A DNA stretch of 63,987 nucleotides, filler included, from an uncultured Myxococcia bacterium (GCA_964617105.1; 8 parts of 8 records of this genome joined end to end with filler, not necessarily neighbours in it); one strand, 5' to 3'; counted from the whole stretch's first letter, positions 28,007 to 38,505 are shown. Numbers and translations: made by a program. Notes: generated from the sequence alone by a model not told the origin.

Positions 28007-29134
28007 TCAATTCAAAAAGTTTATAATATAATCATAAATCTTTTTACTATCTATAGCCGCCATGCACGGCGCCTCGAGCGACCCAGGTGTCAAATGGAAA
28101 TTGGGATATTTACAGGGAATTTCACCATAATTGGAGCAGGGGCTGCAAGTAAAATTCGTACTAATAATCTTCCTTTTAGCCGTCAATGGAGCCCAACGGC
28201 AAATAGGAGTGGGTCCAAAAAGAGATATCACTTTCAACCCCAGGGCAGCCGCCAGGTGGATAGCGCCAGTGTCATGCCCCACTGCCACCCGGCAACGCGC
28301 TAAAAGCGCTCCCATCTCTCTGATTCCCAGATTACAGGTATCACCAATGACAATACCCGGCCAATCGCTGGTCAACTTGGCCGCCTCTGCTGCTGATTCT
28401 GATCCACCCACCAGCAAAATCTTGATGCCGCCCTTTTGAGACAATAATTCTATCAACTGCCGCCAATTGTCAAAAGACCACTTTTTGACCGGATGTAAAC
28501 CGCCCATACAGAGCGCCACTACCTTCTCGCTCCTTTTGCTATCTGCCCCGGCTGTCTCATTATCTCCCCTGTTTTTGCCGCCAGATTTTGCTGCAAGTCC
28601 GGTTTTGTCCTCTTGCCTTTTTACCTGTTTGTTAAACCATTTTGCCGCCCATTCCTTTTCTGATTTCTTTAATCTATAAGTAACCTCCATGGAAACAGAG
28701 ATCTGCTCTACCGGTATCACCTTATGATAATCATAGGCCGCATGAGGAAAACATATTATCGGCTTCTCTTGCTGGATAGATTTGAACAATTGCCGCCAGT
28801 TCCGTTTTTTATAGGTATACCGGCTGGGGCTGCTTACTATATGAGATATCAAGAATGACTTAATTTTACCCTGCAAGTCAAAAACCAAATCATATTTATT
28901 ATGAATGTATGAAGCCAATTGACCGCCAAAATTCCAGCCTCTAGATATAGGTAAAACCCTTTGCACCAAAGGATTGTTATCCAGCAATCCAGCATACTGG
29001 GAAAATATGACAAAATCAATTTCAACATCGGGATAAAGGCGGTGAAGAGTTGATAACATCGGGGTGGTCAATAAAACATCGCCCAGGGAACTTAGACGGA
29101 TCACCAATATTTTCAATATCTTCTCCCCTTCCAA
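28007..29134 (-). CDS. GT9 heptosyltransferase (WaaC/WaaF-like)
   Basis: ILVIRLSSLGDVLLTTP, YDLVFDLQG, KKW, GHDTGAIHLAAALG..SLFGPT, CSPC. Confidence 0.9.
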   Translation of the reverse strand: MEGEKILKILVIRLSSLGDVLLTTPMLSTLHRLYPDVEIDFVIFSQYAGLLDNNPLVQRVLPISRGWNFGGQLASYIHNKYDLVFDLQGKIKSFLISHIVSSPSRYTYKKRNWRQLFKSIQQEKPIICFPHAAYDYHKVIPVEQISVSMEVTYRLKKSEKEWAAKWFNKQVKRQEDKTGLAAKSGGKNRGDNETAGADSKRSEKVVALCMGGLHPVKKWSFDNWRQLIELLSQKGGIKILLVGGSESAAEAAKLTSDWPGIVIGDTCNLGIREMGALLARCRVAVGHDTGAIHLAAALGLKVISLFGPTPICRWAPLTAKRKIISTNFTCSPCSNYGEIPCKYPNFHLTPGSLEAPCMAAIDSKKIYDYIINFLN

Positions 29135-30309
29135 CTAACCCCTATACCCATGGCGCAAATTAAGGCGGAACTAATGACGATATAGGATGTAAACAGGGCT
29201 GACAGGGGAGCCAGAGAAGCGTATCGCGGATAGGCCTTGCCCTTTGCCCGCAGAAGAGTTTGACAAATGAGCCCGGTAAGATAAACCGCCAATCCAGTCA
29301 ACAACCATAAAAACCCCTGGTTCAGAACTGTACCTACCAAACCAGTAACCAGTAGAACCAGCGGAGAAAAACTCATAAACAACTGGAAAAATACCGTCAA
29401 CAGAGTCCTGAGCCAGGAGTGTCCCATCAAAGCAAACATATTTTTCTGCCAACCGGATATAATCTCTCCCAGGTTTCTATACATTCTGGTTTTTAGCATC
29501 TCAATTCCAGAGATGATAGCCACCTTAAACCCTTTTTGCCTGGTTAATCGAGCTAATTCAACATCCTCCAGTACCATGGTGCGAACCGCCTCATGCCCCC
29601 CCATTAACTGGTAAACCTGCCGCCTAATCAATATAAATTGCCCATTGGCAAAAGCATTAAGGTTCTGTTCCCGGTTGACCAGCTCAGGAGGATGTAAAGA
29701 TGCGATTAGCGCTCCAATGGAAGGCTGCAACAGCCTCTCCCAAAAACTGCCCCCCAAAAACTGCGGATACAGAGAGAGCATGTCCAGGTTATTGGTCTGA
29801 GCGTATGAAACCGCCATGGAAACCAGTTGGGGAGCCAGCCGGGTATCAGCATCCACAAACAGTAACCATTCCCCTTTAAACTCAATTTGCTTCACTGCCC
29901 AATGCAAGGCGTGGCTTTTACCAAACCAGCCCGGTGGTAAAGAAGGAACTTTGAGCAACTGAGGATTTATAACCTTTGAACTACCAGCGCCTGAAAAATG
30001 GTTAAAAATTTCAGCCACTTCCTCAAAAGTGCCATCTGATGAGTTGTCTTCCGCTACTACCAGCCGCAATTGGGGGTAATCCTGTTTTAGCAACGAAAAC
30101 AGGCACTTTTGGATATTTTGGATCTCGTCTTTGGCTGGTACGATAAGCGCCAATGAGGGCAAAGAGGCCAAAGCGCCAGAAAAACTTTTTACCCAGCCAG
30201 CCAGACTGGGAGTACCTTTTATCTGACGCCAGGAGATGATAAAAATAACCATCCAGGCCATAAATACCAAGATTGAGCTAAATAAAAATAGTCCAAAACT
30301 TATCCACAT
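29113..30309 (-). CDS. Membrane GT2 glycosyltransferase (CrtQ/HpnB-like)
   Basis: IVPAKDE, EDNSSDGT, LPPGWFGK, LFVDADT, ANGQF, GGHEAVR..LEDV.LA, RMY; N- and C-terminal TM helices. Confidence 0.85.
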   Translation of the reverse strand: MWISFGLFLFSSILVFMAWMVIFIISWRQIKGTPSLAGWVKSFSGALASLPSLALIVPAKDEIQNIQKCLFSLLKQDYPQLRLVVAEDNSSDGTFEEVAEIFNHFSGAGSSKVINPQLLKVPSLPPGWFGKSHALHWAVKQIEFKGEWLLFVDADTRLAPQLVSMAVSYAQTNNLDMLSLYPQFLGGSFWERLLQPSIGALIASLHPPELVNREQNLNAFANGQFILIRRQVYQLMGGHEAVRTMVLEDVELARLTRQKGFKVAIISGIEMLKTRMYRNLGEIISGWQKNMFALMGHSWLRTLLTVFFQLFMSFSPLVLLVTGLVGTVLNQGFLWLLTGLAVYLTGLICQTLLRAKGKAYPRYASLAPLSALFTSYIVISSALICAMGIGVSWKGRRY

Positions 30310-30312
30310 ATC

Positions 30313-31227
30313 TTAAATATCGCTCCCCTGAGGTCTCTTCTTCCAACGGCGGTGCATCCAGACCCATTGCTGGGGTTGTTCCATTATTTTCTGGCTAATC
30401 TCCTGGTTGTACAGGTGAGTGTTTTCCTGTAAATCATTTTCCAGGTTGGTGGTTTTAATAGTATCAAGTTGCTTTATCTGAACCTGATAATCTCCACCAG
30501 ATAATCGCTCTATAAAACCGATTACCACTTTGGCGCCGCTCTTTAAGGCCAGTTGGGCAGGCGACACTGGAGTATGGGCTAGTTTGCCCAAAAAATCGAC
30601 ATAAATCCCTTTTACCCTGGTATCCTGGTCAATCAGCAATGCCAAAATTTCCCCCCTGGCCAGCACTCGCTTGACATTCTCCCGGGTTTCCTTTTGCCCT
30701 CTTAAAATTGTCTTTATCCCCTGGTTATTACGGAAATCGGTGACCATTTTGGTAAATCTGGGGTCATAACTGGGACCCATCACCGCATTGAGAGGATATC
30801 CGCAAGCCGCCAAGAAGATCCCCAGAAGTTCCCAGTTGCTATAATGAGCGCTGATCAAAAGCACCCCCTTTTGATGCGCCAAAGCATGCTCCAAAATCTG
30901 CCTGCTACCCGCTTTAAACTTTATTTTTTGGTCTAAATTTTCCTTTATTGCCTCTATCTTAACCAGTTCCAGCGCCCCAATAGCCAGGTTGATAAAACAC
31001 TGCCTGGTCATAAATTGAATATGGGACTGGCTAAAGGAAGAGGGTAACCTTTCCTGCATCTGCTGCAATACTAACTTGCGCTCTTTAGCTGCCAACCAGT
31101 AAGCCACGGTGCCCATAATCCAGGCCAAAGAGTAGATACATTTAAGCGGTACCAATTGTAAAAAGTGTAAACTAATATTGGCTAAATAGAAGATGATGGT
31201 GTTTTTAATTGACTTGAGATTCATCAT
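30313..31227 (-). CDS. Lipid A late acyltransferase family (LpxL/HtrB-like), copy 2
   Basis: SAHYSNWE, LLIDQD, FLG..A.TP, PQQWVWMHRRWK. Confidence 0.85.
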   Translation of the reverse strand: MMNLKSIKNTIIFYLANISLHFLQLVPLKCIYSLAWIMGTVAYWLAAKERKLVLQQMQERLPSSFSQSHIQFMTRQCFINLAIGALELVKIEAIKENLDQKIKFKAGSRQILEHALAHQKGVLLISAHYSNWELLGIFLAACGYPLNAVMGPSYDPRFTKMVTDFRNNQGIKTILRGQKETRENVKRVLARGEILALLIDQDTRVKGIYVDFLGKLAHTPVSPAQLALKSGAKVVIGFIERLSGGDYQVQIKQLDTIKTTNLENDLQENTHLYNQEISQKIMEQPQQWVWMHRRWKKRPQGSDI

Positions 31228-31292
31228 GAAAACTGGCCGAAATGCTGCGGGCGCAAGCCCCTGGACTTCGGCCCGCCATGCCTCGCGAATAA

Positions 31293-32477
31293 TTATTTTT
31301 TAAACGCCCGATAAGCCAGGAACCCAGAGCCCAGGGCTAAAATTATGATAGTGGCAAAAAACAGGTATAATATAGGAGAGATGCCCCCCTTGCCTGCCCC
31401 CTCCTCATCATGCTTTCTGAATTCCGCATCATCCGGGACAAGGGTTTTTATTTTTTCAAGCGCTAAAATGCAATTAATGGTTGCCGACCCATCAATATCG
31501 CCCTGGATACCGGCTTCGAACTCACTTACGTTAATAGTGTCCCATTTTCCATTAGGTTTCTGGCTATGGAGGATAAAATGAGTGATCTTATCCATGAGTT
31601 TATCGTATTTTGGATTAAACAAGGCATAAGCGTGCAGGCCATCACAGACAATAAAGGTGTTGTCTCTCAACTCGGTGGCATAGTGATCCGGATCGTCAAA
31701 GTGCCTGAAAGCCCGCTTAATCTCAACTACTCCCGCCTTAAAAATATCTTCATAAACCTTTCTCTCCTGCTTATTTTTCATAAAATAGGTAAAAACTACC
31801 CAGGAGATGTCTTCAATATGAAACATATCCTTTTTGGGAGCAATGCCCCAATGCGACAAGAGTGAATACTTGGGAAAAAGGCTTAATACCGGTTTTCTAT
31901 CGCCAATGGTTTCAAACAGAAAGAGATGCTTCATAGTTTTCTCCAGATTTACCTGGCCGGTGGAACAAACATCGTACTTGATATTTGGTCCCCAGGACTG
32001 AATAACAGCAGCGCTTTGGCACTCACCCCATCCGCGGCCCTGGTATTCCTTATCTTTCTGATGAAGGATCCTCTCGATGTTCTTTTGAAAAAATTTACTC
32101 TCTTTACTTTGCCCCGAAAGATAAAGTCCGGCCAGTACCTTTGGTAAAAGGCAGCCCTCGTTATGCCACTTCCAGGTGCCGTCTGATTCCCGGGTATCCA
32201 AAAAGTATTTAGCAACATCCTGAACCAATTTATCATCTTTGGTAAAACCAAGTTGGGGATGGAAAATCAAGAAATGGGCCAAATCGTAAAGTTGGCTTTC
32301 GATCATTTTTCCTGTTTTCAGAGTTTTAAGCGATCCTCTCACATAGTGGGAGAAGAAAATATCTCTTCCCTTCTTGACCACTTCATCGATCTTATCGTGC
32401 AGATCACCAGCCCAAACCATTTGAGCCCAGATACAACCAAGAAAACCAACCAAAATTATCTTACCGACAACTTTCAT
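31293..32477 (-). CDS. Exported protein with prenyltransferase/squalene-cyclase-like (QW) repeats and a C-terminal membrane anchor
   Basis: Signal peptide ..MVWA; FLDTRESDGTW and FILHSQKPNGKW; C-terminal hydrophobic helix then basic tail. Confidence 0.45.
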   Translation of the reverse strand: MKVVGKIILVGFLGCIWAQMVWAGDLHDKIDEVVKKGRDIFFSHYVRGSLKTLKTGKMIESQLYDLAHFLIFHPQLGFTKDDKLVQDVAKYFLDTRESDGTWKWHNEGCLLPKVLAGLYLSGQSKESKFFQKNIERILHQKDKEYQGRGWGECQSAAVIQSWGPNIKYDVCSTGQVNLEKTMKHLFLFETIGDRKPVLSLFPKYSLLSHWGIAPKKDMFHIEDISWVVFTYFMKNKQERKVYEDIFKAGVVEIKRAFRHFDDPDHYATELRDNTFIVCDGLHAYALFNPKYDKLMDKITHFILHSQKPNGKWDTINVSEFEAGIQGDIDGSATINCILALEKIKTLVPDDAEFRKHDEEGAGKGGISPILYLFFATIIILALGSGFLAYRAFKK

Positions 32478-32564
32478 TCTTCACTCCAAAAGATTAAAAA
32501 AAGATGCGCCGCTATCATTACCATAATTGTCATTCCGAACTGGAACAATACTATTTATAACCTA

Positions 32565-33740
32565 TCACGCAACCTTAAAATTCTTGGGCAACATGGTGCC
32601 GATTAACAATAGTATCCCCAAAAAATTTATTACCATCAGGTGGGTCACCGCATTTCTCTTAATATAGTTAGCCATTTTGACCAGAGTATTGGTGAGCATA
32701 TGGTATATTTTTATTAGCACCATGATGGACAGAACTATTCCTACCACCACAACCACAAATTGTATATAGGCAAACTTGTCTGGATTATAGAGAAATCTGA
32801 ATGACGGTGGCATCATGAATCCGGTTCGTTTCAATTCGCCCACGATGGCAAACAGTTGGTGATTTAAAAAGGCAAAAAACGCCAAAGGAACATAGGCGCC
32901 AGCAAACTGCTTGGCAGGATGATAGCCTTGGTTGTCTTGACTGAAGTGGTTACCATTAAAGATATTAAGGCCCAATAGGGCAGTGAAAATAAACATAATA
33001 ATGCCGGGCAACATGTTGTATATATACCTGAACAGGTCGGTGGTTACCACCTGCTCCAAACCTGGAACTAATTTCAGTTGCATGTAGATCTGCATCCAAC
33101 AGTAAGAGGAACGGACATAGTAGAAAGCCAACCCGCCCAATAGAATCAAAGGCAGGTATATTTTAATGGCATCATTACCAACCGGCCGGCTCCACAATTT
33201 ATAAAAGGGTAGATGAAGCTTGGCAGAAAGGGAAGCATGCTCGCACTCCTTGATACACTTGGCGCACAAGTTACAATCATCATCAGAATCCAACTCCCTG
33301 GGGACGATATACATCTCACATTTACCCTCATCTTTTAGAGAGGGCTCACAACAACCTGCGGTTTTGCATATTTTTTGACATTTTTCCGGGTTGTAGACCA
33401 GTCCAAAGAAAGAGGCCGCACTAAACATTTTTAATACGGCGCCTATGGGACACAAAAACCGGCAAAATATCATCCCCTTGAACAGTGAGTGTAAGATTAT
33501 GGCCGAAAAAAAGAAGATAAGCAGTACCGCATAAGTCAAATCGGGCGACATCTCCCAGGTAACCGCCCAATCCACTGAACTCATAAACAGAAAAATCAAC
33601 ATGGCAATAATTGGGCTGTAGTCCTGAAAGTTATCGGGCAGAGGGCGATTCAGAGAAAAGATCTTTCTGGTTAAGGAAGATATAAAAAAGATAGGACAAA
33701 GAGTGCACCATATCCGGCCCAGAAAGAAGGTGAGCGGAAT
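32565..33740 (-). CDS. Polytopic membrane [4Fe-4S] protein (NapH/RdxA/Fer4_5-like), 5'-truncated
   Basis: Frame is open to contig edge: GRIWCTLCP, FCRFLCPIG, CNLCAKCIKEC; multiple TM helices. Confidence 0.75.
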   Translation of the reverse strand: MPLTFFLGRIWCTLCPIFFISSLTRKIFSLNRPLPDNFQDYSPIIAMLIFLFMSSVDWAVTWEMSPDLTYAVLLIFFFSAIILHSLFKGMIFCRFLCPIGAVLKMFSAASFFGLVYNPEKCQKICKTAGCCEPSLKDEGKCEMYIVPRELDSDDDCNLCAKCIKECEHASLSAKLHLPFYKLWSRPVGNDAIKIYLPLILLGGLAFYYVRSSYCWMQIYMQLKLVPGLEQVVTTDLFRYIYNMLPGIIMFIFTALLGLNIFNGNHFSQDNQGYHPAKQFAGAYVPLAFFAFLNHQLFAIVGELKRTGFMMPPSFRFLYNPDKFAYIQFVVVVVGIVLSIMVLIKIYHMLTNTLVKMANYIKRNAVTHLMVINFLGILLLIGTMLPKNFKVA

Positions 33741-33840
33741 NNNNNNNNNNNNNNNNNNNNNNNNNNNNNNNNNNNNNNNNNNNNTTAATTAATTAANNNN
33801 NNNNNNNNNNNNNNNNNNNNNNNNNNNNNNNNNNNNNNNN
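33741..33840. other. Artificial contig linker
   Basis: N44-TTAATTAATTAA-N44. Confidence 0.97.
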
Positions 33841-33904
33841 AACCAGCAGCAATACCTCCTTCAGCCACGGCAATGTCGCCGCTCATAAAAAATGTACCGG
33901 TCAA
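33841..33904 (-). CDS. Start of 2-oxoacid:ferredoxin oxidoreductase alpha subunit (truncated)
   Basis: (L)TGTFFMSGDIAVAEGGIAAG, overlapping the stop of the upstream ferredoxin. Confidence 0.65.
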
Positions 33905-34164
33905 AATGTCTCTTCCTCCTCAGAATAGATGGAGAACTCGGGGCAGATATCGGCACAGAGGCTGCAGTTTACACACTGCCCCGATTTGATAATTTTCGGA
34001 TAATGGTACCCTTTTTTGTTAAAGTTTTCCGACATTACCAATACCTGCCTGGGGCAAAACTCAATACAAAAATTACATCCCTTGCACCGTTCGACAATAA
34101 TTTTGACTGTCCCTTTGGGGAGTTTTATCTTGTCCAGGTCCAGGGGCGTTCGCCATAATTTCAT
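33901..34164 (-). CDS. 2x[4Fe-4S] ferredoxin, delta subunit of 2-oxoacid oxidoreductase (KorD-like)
   Basis: CKGCNFCIEFCP..FNKKGYHYP..CVNCSLCADICPEFSI. Confidence 0.85.
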   Translation of the reverse strand: MKLWRTPLDLDKIKLPKGTVKIIVERCKGCNFCIEFCPRQVLVMSENFNKKGYHYPKIIKSGQCVNCSLCADICPEFSIYSEEEETF

Positions 34165-34303
34165 GATTGCTGTCCAATCATCAGGGCATTAAAAATAAAC
34201 ACAACTAATTTTCTGTTATTATATCATATTTTATCAAAAATACAACAGATCAAATTGATTTTTCTTTGATAAAATGATATAATTTATTATAAAAGGGGCG
34301 TAG

Positions 34304-35263
34304 ATGAGTTCTAAATATCGGCAATATCCTCCATGGGATGCTCACTGTCATCTGGAAGGAGCGATCTATCCTAAAACCCGCCAACGATTGAAGCAGTTTT
34401 ATCAGCTGAAAGATTATCAACTTTTCCAAAACTATGAACTTCAATACCAGGAGAAGGGTGATCCGCCAAATGATTTCAACGATTTTCTCTACTTGCTACG
34501 CCTGAATTATCCCTATTTTTCTCGGCCAGAATCATATCAAATTATTATGGAAGGGATACTCGAGGCCTTGAACCAGGCTGGTATCCAATATGCGGAGGTG
34601 CACGTTAATCTTGCCCTTATGAAAGAATTTGGCCATCAACCTCTCCAGGTGTTCGAGGAGTTGGATAACCAATTAAACACTACTGAGATCTCCCCGGCAC
34701 GGGTGGCCCTGGTAGCCGATTTGCCCTGGCAATTCCCGGCCGAACATTTTAAACCGCTTTTGGCAACACCTCACCTTTTTCAGGCTGCGGGCGTATTGGG
34801 ATTAAGCATTGGCGGTGACGAACGTTTCGCCCATCCCGAAACTTTTAAAAAAGTAATGGCCAGAGGCGCTGACCTGGGCTACAAAATATTTTGCCACTGT
34901 GGCGAAACCAGGGGTACGGCTCTGGTGGAGGATGTTTTAAAAAATCTGCCCATTCACCGTCTGATTCACGCCCTTTGTATTACCAAAAGCAAAAAACTCT
35001 TAAAAATATTAAAGCAACGCCAAATTGGGGTTGACACCTGCCTTTCCAGCAACAGGTATCTTCTAGGTATCTCCTATCAACAGCACCCCTGGAGAATTTT
35101 TTTAGACCACAATATCCCAGTGGCCTTTGGCACTGATGACCCGGCTATTTTGCAGATTAATCCAAAAAGTGAATGGAAAATAATTAAACGGATCATTGAC
35201 GATAAAAAAAAACTGGTAGATATTTTAAGAAAAAGTTGGTTACAATTAGCTTTGTGCCCATAA
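34304..35263 (+). CDS. Adenosine/adenine deaminase family protein
   Basis: HCHLEG, YAEV, HCGE, RLIH, TDDP metal-binding motifs. Confidence 0.85.
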   Translation: MSSKYRQYPPWDAHCHLEGAIYPKTRQRLKQFYQLKDYQLFQNYELQYQEKGDPPNDFNDFLYLLRLNYPYFSRPESYQIIMEGILEALNQAGIQYAEVHVNLALMKEFGHQPLQVFEELDNQLNTTEISPARVALVADLPWQFPAEHFKPLLATPHLFQAAGVLGLSIGGDERFAHPETFKKVMARGADLGYKIFCHCGETRGTALVEDVLKNLPIHRLIHALCITKSKKLLKILKQRQIGVDTCLSSNRYLLGISYQQHPWRIFLDHNIPVAFGTDDPAILQINPKSEWKIIKRIIDDKKKLVDILRKSWLQLALCP

Positions 35264-35340
35264 GTTTTGCATCAAGAATGCTGTAACTGAATTTTCGTTC
35301 CGGAACCACGCTATAAATTAAAGTTTAAAGTTTTTGAATT

Positions 35341-36126
35341 ATGAACTACGAAGAATATGAAAATATGTTCAAGGTTGAGAGAGATCACTGGTGGTACAAA
35401 GGGGTGCGCACTATTGTCAAAGAAACCATAAAAGACTATCTCCCGGCAATGAAACCTGCGGAGAAATTGAGAATATTAGACGCTGGTTGCGGTACTGGCA
35501 TTACTTTTAATTATTTCCAAGAGTTGGGCGATATAACCGGTATAGACATCTCCCCTTTAGCCCTTGATTTTTGCCAGCGCCGGGGGATCAAAAAACTTTG
35601 CCGGGCTGATAGTTCAAAATTGCCATTCAAAAATAACTCTTTTGATCTGATTATTGCCCTGGATCTGCTGGAACATATTGAGAACGATTCTCAGGTCATC
35701 GCTGAATTCCACCGGATTTTAAGGCCGGATGGCCTCCTTTTACTCAATTGCCCTGCCCTTCAATCGCTTTGGAGCCACCACGATGTGGCCATGATGCATT
35801 TCCGGCGATACAGCAAAAAAATGATGCTAAATTTGTTTAAAACAGACCTTTTTTCCTTAAAAAAACTAACCTATTATAATTCTTTGCTTTTACCTCCAAT
35901 CTATCTTTTTCGCAGCCTGAAAAAAACATTTGCTAAAATCTTCGGCAACCGTGATTTGAAAAACATAAAAAGTGATTTGAACTTGATGCCGCCGGCATTG
36001 GCCAACTATCTGCTCTACAAACTATTCAGTTTGGAATTGCCTCTGGTAAAACGTTATAACCTTCCTTTGGGTGTATCTCTATTGGTAATTGCCCAAAAAA
36101 AATATGCTCGTTTTTTATCAAATTAA
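35341..36126 (+). CDS. Class I SAM-dependent methyltransferase
   Basis: HWWY, ILDAGCGTG, LPFKNNSFD, DLLEHI, HFRRY. Confidence 0.9.
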   Translation: MNYEEYENMFKVERDHWWYKGVRTIVKETIKDYLPAMKPAEKLRILDAGCGTGITFNYFQELGDITGIDISPLALDFCQRRGIKKLCRADSSKLPFKNNSFDLIIALDLLEHIENDSQVIAEFHRILRPDGLLLLNCPALQSLWSHHDVAMMHFRRYSKKMMLNLFKTDLFSLKKLTYYNSLLLPPIYLFRSLKKTFAKIFGNRDLKNIKSDLNLMPPALANYLLYKLFSLELPLVKRYNLPLGVSLLVIAQKKYARFLSN

Positions 36127-36151
36127 TTATTTTTCAAAACAGTGAAAATAC

Positions 36152-36180
36152 TTGACATTTAAACATTTTTTAATTAGCAT
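36152..36180 (+). promoter_or_regulatory. Sigma-70-type promoter of pil operon
   Basis: TTGACA-17nt-TAGCAT. Confidence 0.45.
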
Positions 36181-36230
36181 AATCTCACATAAATTTGTAA
36201 TATCATTAAAATATTTTTTAGGATTTGGCC

Positions 36231-37283
36231 ATGGCACGTGCAAAGAACACCCTGGGGCTTGATATCGGTTCCAGTTCAATTAAAGTGGTGCAATTAAAAG
36301 AGACCAAGAAAGGCAAACATCTAGTAAAGTTAGTTGAAGTCCAACTACCTGCAGATACAATTGTTGACGGCGCTCTAATGAACAGTTCCACCATTGTGGA
36401 CGCCATTGTCGAGGTAGTAAGAACGAATAAAATTAAAAACAAAGATGTGGCTATCAGTATTTCCGGCCACTCAGTAATAATCAAAAAATTGAACCTGCCT
36501 GCCCAATCAGAACAAGAATTGGATGAATCAATTATGTGGGAGGCAGAGGATGTTATCCCCTTTGATATCAAAGATGTGCAAATCAGCGCCCAAATACTTA
36601 GTCCCACATCATCAACCCGTGGCCGTATGGATGTACTCCTGGTAGCGGCTAAAAAAGAGTTGGTTAACGACTATACCGCCCTGGTTAATGAGGCGGGCTT
36701 AAACCCTGTAATTGTAGATGTAGCCACCTTTGCCCTGAGCAATGCCTTTGAAGCAAATTATGATTTACCCCTGGATTCAACCATAGGTCTAATAAATATT
36801 GGGGCCAGTATTATCAACCTGAGCATTATTTCCAATGGTAGTCCCTCTTTTACCCGTGACATCTCTTTTGGCGGAAAAAATATTACCCAGGAGATACAAC
36901 GGCAGATGAATGTCAGTTATGATGAAGCAGAAAAATTAAAACTGGGAGGATACAAGGAACACCTGAAAGAAAAAATAGAGTCTATTATTAAGAGCGTCTC
37001 GGAAAACCTGGCCGGAGAGATACAACGTTCTTTAGACTTTTATACCCACTCTGCTTCCGAAGGTAGTTCCATCAGTAAAATCTACCTCTCCGGCGGCACA
37101 GCCAAAATACCTTATTTACCTGAAATCATGCAAAACCGGCTGGGGTATCAGGTAAACGTTCTAGACCCATTTTTAAAAATACATTTTAACGAAAAAGATT
37201 TTTCACCCGAGTATATAAAGGCAAACGCACCGGTTTTTGCCGTTGCTATTGGTCTCGGTCTCCGTAACACCAAAGAGGAATAA
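36231..37283 (+). CDS. pilM: Type IV pilus assembly protein PilM
   Basis: LGLDIGSSSIKVV, VLLVAAKK, NIGAS, EIQRSLDFY, LSGG, AVAIGLGLR. Confidence 0.95.
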   Translation: MARAKNTLGLDIGSSSIKVVQLKETKKGKHLVKLVEVQLPADTIVDGALMNSSTIVDAIVEVVRTNKIKNKDVAISISGHSVIIKKLNLPAQSEQELDESIMWEAEDVIPFDIKDVQISAQILSPTSSTRGRMDVLLVAAKKELVNDYTALVNEAGLNPVIVDVATFALSNAFEANYDLPLDSTIGLINIGASIINLSIISNGSPSFTRDISFGGKNITQEIQRQMNVSYDEAEKLKLGGYKEHLKEKIESIIKSVSENLAGEIQRSLDFYTHSASEGSSISKIYLSGGTAKIPYLPEIMQNRLGYQVNVLDPFLKIHFNEKDFSPEYIKANAPVFAVAIGLGLRNTKEE

Positions 37284-37299
37284 TACCCATTTAGGATAA

Positions 37300-37851
37300 A
37301 TGACTATGATAAGAATAAATCTTCTTCCGGTAAAAAAGAGCAAGAAAAAAAGAAAAGGTCAACGCCAACTAACTCTTTTGATCACCTTTATCATCATTGT
37401 CATGGCTGCTCTTTACGTAGTATATGACATGCAAGAAGAACTCAACCAAGAAATAGCCGTGAAATTAAAGGTGGTAAGAGAAGAGATCGTTAAATACGAT
37501 AAAATTATAGGTGATGCGAACACATTTACAAAAAAAAAGAAGGAGTCAGAGCGTAAATTAAAAATTATAGATGAGTTGCGGTTAAAAAAAATCGGGCCGG
37601 TGCGCATGCTTGACGAAATCAGCAACCGGGTCCCCAAAAAAATTTGGCTAACCCAACTTACCCAGGAACAAAATTTTCTAACTTTAAAAGGAATGGCTTT
37701 GGATAACAAGGAGATTAGCCTATTTATGCAAGAGTTAGAAAAATCCTTCATTTTTAAAAACTTACATTTAAAATCCATCAGCACCAAGCAGGAAAATAAA
37801 ACTGAAGTAATAACCTATAGTTTTTTGATAGAGTGTGAAATAAAAGCCTGA
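37300..37851 (+). CDS. pilN: PilN
   Basis: MIRINLLP motif, TM helix, IWLT; operon order. Confidence 0.92.
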   Translation: MTMIRINLLPVKKSKKKRKGQRQLTLLITFIIIVMAALYVVYDMQEELNQEIAVKLKVVREEIVKYDKIIGDANTFTKKKKESERKLKIIDELRLKKIGPVRMLDEISNRVPKKIWLTQLTQEQNFLTLKGMALDNKEISLFMQELEKSFIFKNLHLKSISTKQENKTEVITYSFLIECEIKA

Positions 37852-37875
37852 TGGAAAAATAAGGATATTTAAAAG

Positions 37876-38472
37876 ATGGAAGAATTAATAAATGTAATCA
37901 CCAAAGCCTCCGTGGGCAATAAAATTCTAGCGTTGACTGCTGTAGTGTTATTTATTTGCGGAGGATTCTTCCTGATTATTTACCAACCTCAACTACAATT
38001 CCATCAAAAAAAGAAAGAGGCCCTGAGGTCAGCGGAGCAAAATTTAATCCAAAAAAAGGCTATTTCTCAAAATTTGGAGAAATTTCATCGCGAACTTGAA
38101 AAAGTTGATGGAGAATTAAAAAAAGCCATTAGTTTTCTTCCTAATCAAAGTGAAATACCCCAGTTACTTAGCAAAATAACTTCCCTGGCCCAAAAAGCAG
38201 GCCTGCAGATTTTGGAATTTACTCCTTTAGAAGAGGTTGTTAATGACTTTTACGCCGATGTTCCAGTTAATCTAAGTATAGTTGGTACTTATCATGAAAT
38301 AGCCGTATTTACTGACCGGATTAGTAAACTATCAAGGATTGTAAATATCAGCGATATTGATATGAGTGGATCCAGACAAAAATATAATAAAATTCTATTG
38401 AATACCAAACTAAAACTAACTACCTACCGGTTTGTTACTCGAAAACCAAAGGTGGCCAAAAAATCCAAATAA
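37876..38472 (+). CDS. pilO: PilO
   Basis: LPNQSEIPQLL, FYADVP, GTYHEI..F, LSRIVN. Confidence 0.92.
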   Translation: MEELINVITKASVGNKILALTAVVLFICGGFFLIIYQPQLQFHQKKKEALRSAEQNLIQKKAISQNLEKFHRELEKVDGELKKAISFLPNQSEIPQLLSKITSLAQKAGLQILEFTPLEEVVNDFYADVPVNLSIVGTYHEIAVFTDRISKLSRIVNISDIDMSGSRQKYNKILLNTKLKLTTYRFVTRKPKVAKKSK

Positions 38473-38505
38473 GTTTAATACTTAACTGATAGTGAGAAAA
38501 TTTTA

